A stretch of 64,000 nt of DNA from Eledone cirrhosa (GCA_964016885.1 OZ024753.1:40858001-40922000); one strand, 5' to 3'. Counted from the stretch's first letter, positions 12,634 through 28,178 are shown. Translations and numbers: made by a program. The notes: generated by a model from the sequence alone, not told the origin.

Positions 12634-14229
12634 TGTATCTAGTTCTCTGTATCACAGCCCTCTCTCCTTCACCCACTCTCACTCTCTCTCTCTTACTCTC
12701 TATCTCCCTCTCTCTACCTCTCTCTCTCTTTCTCTCTCTCTCTCATTTATCTCTTTCTCTCCTTCACCCTCTCTCTCACTCTCTTTCGTGTCTCTCTTTC
12801 TAGCTATCGTGTCTTTCTGCCATCTCTCTCTCTATCTCTCTCTCTCTCTCTTACTCTCTCTCTCTCTCTCTCTCTTACACACTCTCACTCTTTCATTCTC
12901 TCTTTCTCTGTAACGTATCCCTCTCTCCATCCCCACTCTCATTCTCTCTCTCATGTCTCTTTTTCTCTCTATCGCATCACCCCCCCCCCCTCTCTCAAGT
13001 CTCTCTATCTCCATATCTCATCCCTTATCCCTTTAATTTCCGCTCTGGATATTTCCATATCCTTTTGCTCCCTTAAAACGTGTCCAGTTATTGCCAGTTA
13101 TTGCAAGGGAAAAAATAGATTACCTCGAAGGATATTTTAGGAGAGAGAAAAGAAAAGTGACAAAAAATAAAAATATATAAAACACGAATAATATATAGAA
13201 GAAAAGAAAAGTTAACACAATTCGCTTCTTTTCGATTGACACCGATATTAAGATGTGGTGGTTTAAACTACTATCTAATATCTTCATCAAGTAGGCAGTT
13301 TGACTCACCACAAACCTCCATTGATGACCAAATGGGTTCAAGGAAGACAAAACATTAGAACAGAACAGAGGATAGTATACATATTCAGATAAAACCAGAA
13401 AGATCTATAAACGGTTAGATATACACAGTACGGGGCCACGAACAGACTAAAGAATTTAAGAATAGCTAGATAACATAGAAATATAGGAAATACAAAATAA
13501 GAACAAAGACCCCAAAAGAGTATAGAAGACCTCAAAAGAATATAGAAGACCGATTAAGAGTAAAGAAGACTATAAAAGTGTGTAGAAGATCACAAAAGAG
13601 TATAGACCAATTTAAATTCAAGTCAAAAGAAATGACAGTTTTACTCTAAAAGGATAATAAATTAAAACAAATTATGTATTAACTATTAATGTGTAAATAA
13701 ATATATACATATACATCAGGTCCGAACACAAGAACAATGAAGACTAGAAAAGACCAATAGAGTCAGAGAAGTTTAGAGAATACAATGAAAATGTACTGAT
13801 GACCAGACAAGATAAGAGTCGACCATTTTCCTTTGTGGGTTACCCTGGACAAGGAAACTTGGTGTTGTTTCACTGGATACCATCAGACGGCCTGAGAGTA
13901 GCTCTATGTATTAAAAGTTTAGAAAGTTAATATTTCGCTTTTTGCTAGTAGTTTATTTTGACATTTGCAGTTGAGTTACTTGGGGGTAGCGAGGTGCAGA
14001 TGTGTGTCTTTGTTTGTGAGGTGTGATGCTAGATGTGTTGTTAAGTAAGCAGGATTAGTTGACCTGAATAGTAAATTTTTTTCAAATCGTTTGTTAGTTT
14101 ACATATGGTCAAAAAACGGGGCCTTAAACGTGGCAGAAATTCCATTTAAATTGTGTGAAAGAGTTTAACCCGATGGACTTCAACCTCCTAGTCCGAAAGC
14201 AAGATATGTTGATCAGAGCTAAAAGATCT

Positions 14230-14472
14230 TTAGTCTGCCAAACATGAGCGACCTGGGCTAAACGACAAAAAGAACTTCTGAGATATATGGAAATTTAAAG
14301 ACATATTTCTGCATCTATAATCTCTCTTATCATCAGCACCCACTAAAAAACTAATACCAACACCAATACCCCTATCTTCCTCCGTTTTCGTTAATTGTAT
14401 GCAAATCTCATGTGGTCTCCATGCTAATATACGTTTAAATGGATCCAATTTTCTAAAATTACTTTCATATTT
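14230..14472 (-). CDS. Candidate terminal exon, weakly PDZ-like (KYESNFRKLDPFKRILAWRPHEICIQLTKTEEDRGIGVGISFLVGADDK...)
   Basis: Minus-strand acceptor AATTTTCTTCCAG followed by 80 open codons in non-repetitive sequence; the other two frames close quickly; no partner exons identified. Confidence 0.25.
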   Translation of the reverse strand, partial: KYESNFRKLDPFKRILAWRPHEICIQLTKTEEDRGIGVGISFLVGADDKRDYRCRNMSLNFHISQKFFLSFSPGRSCLAD

Positions 14473-15635
14473 CTGGAAGAAAATTAAAGATGACAGCTTC
14501 TCAAATCCGAACAGATTGAGTAAAGATGTCTTGATAAAATAAACGTTAAACAAAAACAGAAAATTTATAAAATATTTGACATATATCAAAATAGTATCAT
14601 TTTTTATCCCCCCCCCCCCTTCATCTTATTTCCAGTGCATCACTTAAGCTGCTTATTTATTTTTGTCCTTATCTTTACCTCTGTGTCTTGTACACTTTTC
14701 CTCTTTGCTGTTTTTTGGGGGTATTTTTGTTTCATTATATTCTTACACTCTCGTTCCACTTCATCTATTTCTCTCTCTGTTTTACTCTCTCCTTCTCCTC
14801 ATTTTGTCCTTTCGTTTCATTCTCTGTCTCTTTCTTTCTGTATTTCTACTCAGCCATCTTTCGACTCTATAGTCAATCTCCCATACACCATTGGTTAGAT
14901 TCCAAACAAAGATATTACGATGATTCCATGATACATTAAGACACAAACCGTTGTTGACAGTCAGTCGCTAGATCAAATTTTTCGACCTTAAAAGATCAGT
15001 GAGTAATACAAAAATATGCATTTTTTTATATTCTCTGACGAATTTGAACTATGCTACTAAAGTCATTCTTTTTTTAGGCTAAATTGCCACTAAATTATAC
15101 TTTTGTTTTCTGTCTTTTTAATTTCAATATGGCTTAGTCAGAGAAGAAATTGCATTGTTCAAAGATTGCTCGCAGATATCGAGAAATTTATTCACATCTT
15201 CAGATTGGAAACCAGTTTCAAATGTTTGTAAAAGAGAATAGGCCACAAAAGTAGCACTAGTGTTATACATGGATACGGATTAAGTCTACCACACAGGAAG
15301 AGGCGATCGTGTTTGAATGCACCCGTTTATTGAGCCGTTTATTCTTAAAGAGGAACAGCAATGAAGGACGCAGCCAGCAATTGACCAAAAAAATCTTCAC
15401 TGCTATTGTCTACAGTGACCCCTCAAAGATATTATCGCAAGTCACATTGCTCTATGTTACCCATTGGGTAACCTTAAATACTACAATATATATTCTACAG
15501 TATTTTGAGACTGTTTATATTTTGTTATACAATTATTGTTATCACATCACCGAACACATTCAAACACGCATACACCTACACAGATGTACGAAGCAACACA
15601 TACGTACATATATAGTTACATACGTACACACACAC

Positions 15636-15696
<61 letters not shown>

Positions 15697-15850
15697 CGTT
15701 CGTTCACATGCTTCAAAAAAAATTACCACATCTGTCATACATCTTGAATGAGACAGATGTCATGTGAAAGCACTCGATTGACACAGGCGAAAGATATTTT
15801 TCCAGCTGATAAAACTGAGGATAGAAACAGAGAGGGAGATAAAAAACAGA

Positions 15851-15935
<85 letters not shown>

Positions 15936-16016
15936 TATGACTAGAAGAAACAAAGCAGAGATCTGAAATGTTCGCTTTTTTAAACTACAGATTTCGAGTT
16001 ATCTAATCTTTATCAC

Positions 16017-16135
16017 TAGTTCACCATCTCCATCTGGCTTTCTCTGTATTGCACATGTATTTATGTATATATGTATATATGTACGTATGCATGTATGTAT
16101 TTATGTATCTACGTATGTGTGTGTATAAATGTATG

Positions 16136-16173
<38 letters not shown>

Positions 16174-16304
16174 GTGTGCATGTAGTTCACCATCTCCATC
16201 TGGGTTTCTCTGTATTGCACATGTATTTATGTATATATGTATATATGTACGTATGCATGTATGTATTTATGTATCTACGTATGTGTGTGTATAAATGTAT
16301 GTAT

Positions 16305-16337
<33 letters not shown>

Positions 16338-16347
16338 GTGTGCATGT
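16017..16347. repeat. Direct tandem duplication, ~166-bp unit x2
   Basis: TAGTTCACCATCTCCATCTGG.TTTCTCTGTATTGCAC... at 16017 and 16183. Confidence 0.85.
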
Positions 16348-16473
16348 GTGTTTACGCAAATGTATATATATACAGTATATGTATGTAAAAGGTAAACAGA
16401 AATAACAACACAACCGGTACAGTATATGGAAGGGATATATTAGGTTAACGCTTGATATAGCAGGAAGAGGGTC

Positions 16474-16510
<37 letters not shown>

Positions 16511-16570
16511 ATGTGTGTGTATGTGTGTGTGTGTGTATGTACAGACAAGCATGCAGGTAGACAGACATAT

Positions 16571-16605
<35 letters not shown>

Positions 16606-16610
<5 letters not shown>

Positions 16611-16911
16611 GTTTCTACTTTTGGCACAAGGCCAGCAATTATCCCAGTGTATTACTGGTACTTTATTTTATTGAGCCCGTAAGGATGAAAGGCAAAGTTA
16701 AACTCGACGGGATTTGAACTCAGATCGTAAAGGGACGTATATAATTGTTTTTACTTTTGGCACCAGGCCAGCAATTATCCCAGTGTATTACTGGTACTTT
16801 ATTTTATCGACCCTGTAAGGATGAAAGGCAAAGTTAACCAATCTGTAAAAGGACGTAACTGTGCTGCACAGCATGGCGTCCGACGCTCTACCGATACTGC
16901 CAATCCACCGC
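16606..16911 (-). mobile_element. Two adjacent SINE copies (one inserted at the end of the other)
   Basis: Two ATAATTGTTT...TTTGGCAC starts; 20-bp duplication CGTAAAGGGACGTATATAAT at ~16726 and ~16912. Confidence 0.85.
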
Positions 16912-18455
16912 CCGTAAAGGGACGTATATAATGTAGGGATGTAATACAGAAAAGTTTTATAACGTTTGTGTTTACAAGCAGACATTGCCTCGGATTTGAT
17001 CGTTGGCGTAGAGTATGTCTAGTGCGTGTGTGTGAGAGAGAGAGAGAGAGAGTCTGTGTGTGTTTGTGTGGTGTATATGTGTGTGTGTTTGTGTGTGTGA
17101 GTCTGTGTCTGTGTGTGCGTGCGTGTGGTCGCTGTGTGTATATGTAAAATGCATATATCTATGTGTTCTTGTTAAGCGTATAAATATATCTGTGCGTATG
17201 TATATATTATATGCATATTTCTATGTTTGCTTATGTCAAATGTGTATATGTGAGTGTTTGTGTGTGAATCTATATGTGTGAACATATATCTATCTATATA
17301 TATATATATATATGTATGTGTTTATGTGGTTTTATGTGTATGTGTTAGTATCATTTCAGTGTGATGAAATGACTGTAATCAAAAGATCCTTCTCGGTTTA
17401 ACATAATTAAGTTAAATCTCTTCCTGGTGGTAGATGTGGCATATTTCATATTCCTGTGGTAAGTGGATATAATCATTGATAATATCAGGATTTGTATCAA
17501 CGCAGTTTTTTCCCCATTTTTCATATAATTAGGTCAGAAATCATGGGAATATATCTTTATACAGATAAATATATTCTGTATGGAATGTGTTACAGTGATT
17601 ACATTCATGGTACGTATGAACAAGGAGCTAGGGTTATGATTCTGATGAGAAAAATAACAAAGGAAAAACGACAAACATCCGTGAATCGACGTTGAAGATG
17701 TCGTCGGTATTTCCTGAGAATTGCACGAGAATACATTAACAGAAACTAATTCCATATAGAATTGTTTCGTTCATTGTTGGATAAGATCGATGGTTCAGTC
17801 TGAGAGGCTAATTTTACAGCTTAAATAATTACAACATGTCCCTTTACTGGGGTGCAGATGTTCAAGGTAGATTAAAGATGGAGAACAGTAGAAGCTATCT
17901 CTCCCGAGAGAAATTCAATGCAATTCTGTGACAGATATACTATATGACCCCGGCATATTAATCTACATTAAGTTAAGTTTTACATGTTTAATGCATAGAG
18001 CATTGAAAATAAAAAACTAAGAATGATTACACTATAATAGAAGAAGGATATTGAAACAATAACAAACATTATTTAGCATTTTTTTCTGGTAAAGCACAGT
18101 AGATAATTCTATATTCGTGTTAATGTATGTAATAGAGAAGGCATTAAAAACTAATTTGAACTAATAAGGAGTGATGAAATTATGATTTTAGTCAACTACT
18201 AATATAATTTTCATTATTACACTATGCACTATATTAAGGAGAATTTAATCGATTATATTCGTAATTATTTACCATATTTAAGGTGGAATTCAAAATAATA
18301 TTTGTGTATTTCCCGAAACGTTGGGATTCGATAAATGTGGAAAGATTAAAACAGCCACAAAAACAATACTGCTGTTGCTATGATATGATCGACTAAGTCT
18401 CACAAACGTGAAGATCCAGCATGACCGTAGTCAGACAAATGAAACCAGTGAGAGA

Positions 18456-18524
<69 letters not shown>

Positions 18525-18569
18525 TAACAGATTAAAGTTTAAGCAAAGAATAAATAAATTTATTATTAT

Positions 18570-18610
<41 letters not shown>

Positions 18611-18754
18611 GAATAAGATCTCAACACAAATGCCTGCTACCTAAGGTTTCAAATTTCAAGCTGCATTGGAGATAGACATTCTATACTTGTCAGTTTAGTT
18701 ATCTTCAGGCAAAACCAAGATGGCTGAACTTTATTTCATATATACAAACATATA

Positions 18755-18859
18755 CAACGTGTCTCCAAAAATGTATACCTACTTCAACAGTATTCTAATA
18801 AATATTGCCTATACAGGTAAGGTAATCAAAGTGTGTATGTATTTCTTTGGGACACCCTG
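18755..18859. mobile_element. Tc1/mariner-type MITE
   Basis: Imperfect TIRs CAACGTGTCTCCAAAAATGTATAC / GTATGTATTTCTTTGGGACACCCTG, TA on both sides; related piece at 8905-8990. Confidence 0.6.
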
Positions 18860-18890
<31 letters not shown>

Positions 18891-19256
18891 TTGCGTATGC
18901 ATGGATGTGTATGCGAATATGTGTGTGTACGTGTATGTGTGTGTTTTATATAATCAAGCTAAAACCGTCCAAATTCTTATTTTGTATATATATTTCTCAT
19001 TTTATTTGTGTATTGTGGTGTAAACCTTTTATTTAGAAATAAATTCTTTCGTTTCATTTATTTTCATTTAATTTTGGTTTTTATTTGTTATTTTTGTTAA
19101 GTGTTGTCGGTGCTTTTGTTATAACTATATTGACAGTGGTGTGTTGTCTCGTAGATATTAGTATTTGCCTTCTTAGTATATTTTCCGGTAAAAAATAAAT
19201 AGCAAATGTACGCGTGTATGGATGTATGTAAGTATGCATCCAATTATGTATGATTG

Positions 19257-19306
<50 letters not shown>

Positions 19307-19344
19307 TATGTAACATATATATATATATACATATATATATATAC

Positions 19345-19399
<55 letters not shown>

Positions 19400-19447
19400 T
19401 ATACATATATATATACATATATATATATACATATATATATACATATA

Positions 19448-19524
<77 letters not shown>

Positions 19525-20379
19525 ATACGTATATACGAGTACATATAGTCTTATTTCATTAGCCTCGAAGTGGATCCCTCGTTTAAAAAGATGAGACGCC
19601 AGGGAACATTATAACAAAACCAAGCTCGTAGTCAATGACAAAAGCAAACAAATTGCATTTCCTCTATAAAGTTCTTCATTTTTTAAATAATATTCATTTA
19701 TTTTTGTTGTACTTTTTATGCGAGGGGGTCTACGTTTTTTGTTGCTATGCATTGAGTCTGCTGAAAGTAATTCTACAGAAGAAAAAACCTTAATAGAAAA
19801 TTTATAATGAAAAAAAAAAGAAGAAGGAAATAGATTGAAGCAAGAAAAGTTTAAAAGATCTAAATTAATGAATTGTTGAATGATTGAATGAAAGACTGAA
19901 GGAACGATTGAATGAGTAATTGGATACAAGAAGGAAGGAAATAAAGAGTGGGTTGTAGGCAGGAATAAAGAAAATAATGAAAGAAGTTAGTAGAGAAAGG
20001 AAGAATGAGATAGAATGATAGTAATTTGGAAAGAAAGATTGAGAGAAAAATTTTTTTTAAATGTGAGAGATTGAGATAAATAAAGGAATGGTAAATAGGT
20101 TTGGATGGAAGAATGAATTATAGAAAGGGAAGGAAAATAAATACAAAGATAAATAAATAAATAAATAAACAAACAAACAAATAAATAAATAAATAAATAA
20201 ATAATCAAAGAAAGAAAAAACAGGGGAAACAAAGAAACAAAGAAACAAACGAAGAAAAGAAAGAAAAATGAAGTGAGGAAGGAAAATAATTAAATAAAGA
20301 AGGAAACACAGAAACAAACAAACAAACAAACTAAAAGACAGAAAGAAAGGAAGAAAGAAAGAAAGAAGGAAAGAAAGTA

Positions 20380-20563
20380 ATAATTGTTTCTACATTTGGC
20401 ACAAGGCCAGCAAATACCCAGTGCATTACTGGTACTTTATTTTATCGACCCTATAAGGATGAAAGGCAAAGTTAACTTCGGCGGGATTTGAATTCAGACC
20501 GTAAGGGGACGTAACTATGCTGGAAAGCATGGCGTCCGACTCTCTACTGATACTGCCAATCCA
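20380..20563 (-). mobile_element. tRNA-derived SINE
   Basis: Reverse complement of the 1345 family; TSD AAGAAAGTAATAAT. Confidence 0.9.
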
Positions 20564-20934
20564 AGAAAGTAATAATAAACGCGACTAAGAGATAAAATGA
20601 AATATTTAAAAACAAACAAAATATAAAGAGAGAGAGAGATGAAGGATTATAGAAAGTGAAGGAAATTTTTAAAAAAATGACGATAAGACCAGGAAAAATA
20701 ATCGATAAATCTTTGTAAGAAGATTTTGGCCAATTTATTGCTGGTTGTTCGAAGATCAGTTAAGTCTGGCAGAGGTACCAGCTAACATTAAGATATATTG
20801 GGGTTTTTTTTGTGTGGTTTCTAGGTTCAATTTATCTACGAAGTCATGATAATATGTCTTTCTTTCCAGACATTAAATTTGATGATGCCAGGGAAATGTT
20901 ACTATATATATATATATATATATATATACCTGCT

Positions 20935-21102
<168 letters not shown>

Positions 21103-21124
21103 TTATATATATATAAATTTATAT

Positions 21125-21348
<224 letters not shown>

Positions 21349-21409
21349 CATATCTATATATATATATATATATATATGCATGTATATATATATACATGTG
21401 TGCATGTGT

Positions 21410-21451
<42 letters not shown>

Positions 21452-21989
21452 TCTCAAACACGTATGTTAGTTATTTATACACACAGTTTTTTGGTATTTT
21501 TACATCGAACTAAATAAAATTAGAGACACTTCCATGCTAAAAATTCAACTGATACAAAATAGAGTGCATCCTTCATTTGCATTCAATTTCTGTAAACTAT
21601 TTAGCAAATGGTCTTATTGATTGAATATTTTGTTTGTTATCGAAGTCTTTGTTCAACTCAATAAAACACGTTTAATAAAATACGTTCTATAGCCTTTCAT
21701 TTCCATTGCCCTCCATTTCAATTTCATTTTACGTCAAATACACATGAAAAACTCACAAAAATATATGCCTACAAATATATATATAAATATATGCATATAC
21801 ATACACAGAAATATATATATGTGTGTGTATGTATGTATGTATATATATGTGTGTTTGTGTGTGTGTATTGTTTATGTGTTTGTATATTTGTGTCAGTCTG
21901 TTTCTGTATGTATATGCATATATATATATATATGTATATATATATTTGTAGGTACATATTTTTGTGAATTTATTTATATATATATATAC

Positions 21990-22075
<86 letters not shown>

Positions 22076-22567
22076 GTGGGTGTGTGTGTGTGGTGTCATA
22101 CATACATAAATACTTAAATACGAAAGCACATACATACACACATACACACATACACACATACATACGTACATACATATATACTTACATTTATAAATACATG
22201 TATACATAAATAGATACACATACATGGTATACATAAATATATACACATATATACATGCATATATACATACACATTACATGACATTACATTACAGTCCTGT
22301 GTATATTTGTTCCAAACAAGAACAGAATCGCTGTCACAGACAGATAAATATACAACCATTCATGTAGATATGTGAACTGTAATAGGCCGTACTGTTGTTT
22401 ATATGTTCTTAGTAAGGTCACTTTTAAATTTGTTTTCTCGGATATTTCCGACAATGATCTGTCTCACATTAAATTCTACAAATTTACTCTTTCAATAGAT
22501 AAACATAGATAGAGATATATATGGCATAAAGTACACCAACACATATATGCTCATGATTCCAAAAGAA

Positions 22568-22613
<46 letters not shown>

Positions 22614-22626
22614 ATATATGTGTATA

Positions 22627-22673
<47 letters not shown>

Positions 22674-22682
22674 ATATATATG

Positions 22683-22780
<98 letters not shown>

Positions 22781-22820
22781 TATGTATCTACATGTATATA
22801 TATATGTGTATATATATATG

Positions 22821-22941
<121 letters not shown>

Positions 22942-23317
22942 CATATACATATATATATATATGTGTGTGAGTGTCTCTGCATGTGTTTGTTTGTGTGTGT
23001 GCGGGGGGGGGGGAATGTTAATGTGTATGTAAGTCTATGTATTTGGTAAGCCTGTGTATGAATGTGTACTACAACAAAATCAATTTATAAAAGTTTTCTT
23101 CTTTCATGTTGTTTATAAAGTGTTCATTTAAAATATTTTTCTACTTAGAAAAAATAACATTTAAATTATATATCATTCTGCAAAGTATCAGTTGATGGTA
23201 AATATCTTTCGTTTCTTAGACCGCATTAAATCTTTGTCAGTACACCAGTGGTGACTATAATCATAGTATTTTGTATTAGATACCTACTGCTGTACTTACT
23301 TCAGTAGTGTATATACT

Positions 23318-23508
23318 ATAATTGTTTCTACTTTTGGCACAAGGCCAGCAATTACCCAGTACATTACTGGTACTTTATTTTTTCGACCCCGTAAGGATGA
23401 AAGGCAAAGTTAACCTCGGCGGGATTTGAACTCAGAATGATAAGCGTCGTAACTCTATGCGTCAAAGCATGGCGTCCGACCCTCTACCGATACTGCCAAT
23501 CCACCGCC
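23318..23508 (-). mobile_element. Full-length SINE with 62-bp target-site duplication overlapping the U6 5' end
   Basis: Identical 62-mers at 23263-23324 and 23510-23571. Confidence 0.9.
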
Positions 23509-23538
23509 AATAGTATTTTGTATTAGATACCTACTGCT

Positions 23539-23646
23539 GTACTTACTTCAGTAGTGTATATACTATAATTGGAACAATACAGAGAAGATTAGCATGGCCC
23601 CTGTGCAAGGATGACACGCTAATTCGTGAAGCGTTCCATGTCTTTT
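23539..23646 (+). pseudogene. RNU6: U6 snRNA full-length copy (diverged; probable retropseudogene or variant)
   Basis: GTACTTACTTCAGTAGTGTATATACTATAATTGGAACAATACAGAGAAGATTAGCATGGCCCCTGTGCAAGGATGACACGCTAATTCGTGAAGCGTTCCATGTCTTTT: ACAGAGA box, AGC triad and ISL present; about ten substitutions from the conserved metazoan U6, several at CpG. Confidence 0.9.
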
Positions 23647-23677
23647 AGGCCTGGAGAGGAATGGGCTCCGCTAGGCT

Positions 23678-23859
23678 AATAATTATTTCTACTTTTTGGC
23701 ACAAGGCCAGCAATTATCCCAGTACATTACTGGTACTTTATTTTATCGACCCCGTAAGGATGAAAGGCAAAGTTAACCTCGGCGGGAATTGAACTCAGAT
23801 CGTAACTATGCTGGAAAGCATGGCGTCCGACCCTCTACCGATACTGCCAATTCACTGCC
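23678..23859 (-). mobile_element. tRNA-derived SINE
   Basis: Reverse complement of the 1345 family. Confidence 0.9.
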
Positions 23860-24813
23860 CAAGAAACATCATATGTCAATACGGCGCCCCTACGACTCTA
23901 TCCGGAGTTACGGGGTCATACAGACCGCTGTACTTACGTATATAATAGCATACAAGTTCTTCTGATTTTATTATTTTATAAATTTTCACCAAAGGAGAGA
24001 CACAGGACTCTTTCATTGGAATTAAGTCAAGTGCTTTCTCTCTTTCTCCCGATCTTTGCATATATATTTGTGTGTGAGTGTCTGTGTGTCTGTGTGTCTG
24101 AATATCCCGTGTTTATATTTTTAAGGCTCGGGTATAGCCGTATGTACATATAAAAATATTATATACAGGTCAAAGTCAACGAGAGACACTCTCCATGGTC
24201 ACTTGTTCTGCTAGAAATATTAACCATACCTTCCTCCAATCACACCTAAAAGTTTGAAAAGGCATAAAGAAAGGACATATTTTATATCGCATTTCTAAAT
24301 AAGCAATATATGAAACTAAGGTGAGATGGTCACGACTGGAACAATTTTGACCATATGTCTGATTGACTAGAATCTATTTAAAGTAAAATAACTAATACAC
24401 CACTAACAACAACAACAACATTTCAATGAGGTAAACAAAACATGGTGAACAATTTGATTATCTAAAGTCAAAATAAATTTCGCGCAGATGTCTAAAATTC
24501 TAGGATGCATTACCTATTTAAATTCAAAGACTCCAGTCATTATCTTTTAGTGTTTCTCTGTGTGATGCAATGTCAGAAACACTTTTGGTTTACCTTAAAT
24601 ACAAATATAAAAAACGGAATTGTTTGCTGTCTGCCACGCAATACAATGCCTGAAGATGTTCAATTTACATCTTGTGACAGAAGCCAAAACTTTTAGCGCA
24701 TATAATTTCAATAAATTTAAAGCTAATTTTACATATATCTATTGTTTTATTATCTATGTATCGATTGATCGATCTATCTATACATCTTTCTTTAATTCTC
24801 AATGTGTGTGTGT

Positions 24814-24849
<36 letters not shown>

Positions 24850-25254
24850 CTTTCTGTGTTTGTATAAAAAATGTAATTTCAATGTACTAAAAAATACTAC
24901 TTTTAAGAAATAAAGAATTTAATAGGTTTGTTGTGATCGGAGAATTCAATAGCTCGCAGTTCTCAACACTAGTCTCTGTCAAATATCAAAATGTCCAATT
25001 CTTCCGTTCATTGCCAGAGAACGTCTCTATGCACCACCTAATAGAACATTAGTCTACGACCTCTTTTATACCATAAACGTGCTTTTGTCTTTGCGTGTAA
25101 TTGTTTTTCACCGCTCCAAATAATGACGTATTATATTCGTTTTTCCCGTTCTTTGCCAGCGAACGTTTCCACGAACCAAAGTATCGTCTTCCTGTCTTCC
25201 TCCGGTTGCAACGTTTTTTGAAATATCCACTTCTGCGTTCACAGATTGACTTTG

Positions 25255-25414
25255 TTAGTTTCAGAAGATCCCGTTAAGGGTCAAAGCAGCGATTCTTTGC
25301 TTAAACTTTAATCTGTTATTTTAATAAATATTTGGTCTACGGTTCTTATATATTTGATATATATTTATACTTATCGAGCCCTCTTTGGATTTTAGTGTTC
25401 CAATTTATTATTAT

Positions 25415-25418
<4 letters not shown>
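25255..25418 (+). mobile_element. Family D repeat (probable PLE 3' end) with decayed hammerhead-like motif
   Basis: CAGAAGATCCCGTTAAGGGTCAAAG then tail shared with 3794-3895 and 18519-18575; ends in (TA)n. Confidence 0.5.
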
Positions 25419-25456
<38 letters not shown>

Positions 25457-25724
25457 TTTCCTATTACCCACTCTACTACCCAAAGTATCGAGTACTCTGG
25501 TGCATTATGGTCCACCTGATTTCTTACCATACCACACTTTATATATTTATATATATATATATAAAGTGTGGTAAGAAATCAGGTGGACCATAATGCACCA
25601 GAGTACTCGATACTTTGGGTAGTAGAGTGGGTAATAGGAAAAGAGTCAGGACCCCGTCGGCTGAGCTCGGAACTAGCTGCCGAAACAGCCTGAGCTCAGC
25701 CGTCGGGGTCCTGACTCTTCTCCC
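25457..25724. mobile_element. Two family C copies tail-to-tail around (TA)n
   Basis: 25457-25541 (+) and 25563-25724 (-) are inverted near-identical tails. Confidence 0.75.
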
Positions 25725-26516
25725 ATATATATAATATATATATATAATTTCTTTTTCTTCCTTAATTTCATATATTCTGCAATTATTGAATATATTCACC
25801 TTCAATAAACGATTATGAGTTGGCTATTTTCGTTGGGGAGGCATTGATCTCGTGCCACAGCTAAGAATGTTTGATCCACTAATACAAATTATCTTCGGCT
25901 ATATTCATGCCAGAAGTTGCAACCGTTAGATATTGATAGTATCAGCCATAGAAAGCCCAATGGAAACATTGTTTCTTTAGTCGGATTTGACAAGTTTTCC
26001 CCAACTCGGTAAGCGGATGACGTCTCGGATCTTTTCGATCGATATATATATGTATATTCGAATCTTCATTTTCTTTTTTACAAACAATCAATACGGAAAG
26101 GATTCTGTTACTATCGCTTGTCTATGTATATATATCTCTTACGGAAATGTCTATGTATCGACTTCGCAGTTCCAATTACATATACAACAATAGACATGTT
26201 TTAACAGCAAGATCGATATAATTCCCTCGATTTTCATGTCACTACAGTAGATTAGATTAATTTGGTATTTCTATATTGATTATTAATAGGCCAATATACT
26301 TATACATCCAAGAGTGTGCTATGTTCTGGTCTGTCAGTATGCAAAAGGTTCCTCAGTAATTTCAGGTAATATTCTTATTTACTGAAAGCGTATTTCCTTG
26401 ATAGAAACTTTGAAAACTATTTCTTCTTTTGCTATAAAGTTAACTAATATACTATGATATCATATATATATATATATATATATGTCTGTGCGCGCGTGTG
26501 TGTGTGTTTGTGTGTG

Positions 26517-26556
<40 letters not shown>

Positions 26557-26733
26557 AAGAGAGGGAGAAAGAGAACGTGTGTGATTTAGTTACGAAATAC
26601 AAGCCTAAGGCAAAACATATATTTGCATCAAAATGGGAGCACGGTAAGTATGTATATATATGTATGTATAAGCAGACATGTGTGTATATATATATATTGA
26701 TATATATATGTGTGTCTGTGTGTGTAAGTATTG

Positions 26734-26808
<75 letters not shown>

Positions 26809-26843
26809 CTGTGTGTGTAAGTATTGGGTATATATATATATAT

Positions 26844-26953
<110 letters not shown>

Positions 26954-27160
26954 CTATATATATATATACATGTATATATGTACGTGTATGCGTATGTGGA
27001 TGTGAGTGTATACAGAGACATCCCAAGAGAGAGGATAGAATATGGTAAGTGAAAGAGAGACATAGTTATACATCTAATCTAACTAGACTATATCCACTCA
27101 ACATATATACAACACTATATACATACTATATACATACTATATAAAGACATACTATACTGC

Positions 27161-27340
<180 letters not shown>

Positions 27341-27561
27341 TACGTACAAGCACGCATACATATGCATAATAATATATTGTGCTTTTATTTACTTATAGAT
27401 ATAAAAAGTTTGATTACCTTCCATTCCATAGCTTCAAACTTATCTGAGCTGCTTTTCATTAGATATTTTCCATTCAATAACTTCTATATTTTTTACACTT
27501 AGCCTTTTCTCGCTATCTTTCTTATATTTTTTAAAACTTTTTCATATTTGCTTTCATATTG

Positions 27562-27731
<170 letters not shown>

Positions 27732-27744
27732 TATATATATATAC

Positions 27745-27923
<179 letters not shown>

Positions 27924-28016
27924 TATATATACATATGTATATACGTGGATATGGATATATATGGATACATATGTATATACGTGGATATGGATATATGTCT
28001 TAATAATTATATATGA

Positions 28017-28078
<62 letters not shown>

Positions 28079-28117
28079 TTATATATATGCATATATATGG
28101 ATATATTTGTATATATT

Positions 28118-28148
<31 letters not shown>

Positions 28149-28178
28149 ATATAGATGCATATATATACGTGTCTTTCC

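Noticed and set aside
15130-15480. Non-repetitive stretch as exon or transposase
   Set aside because: Stops in all three plus frames checked; no convincing motif
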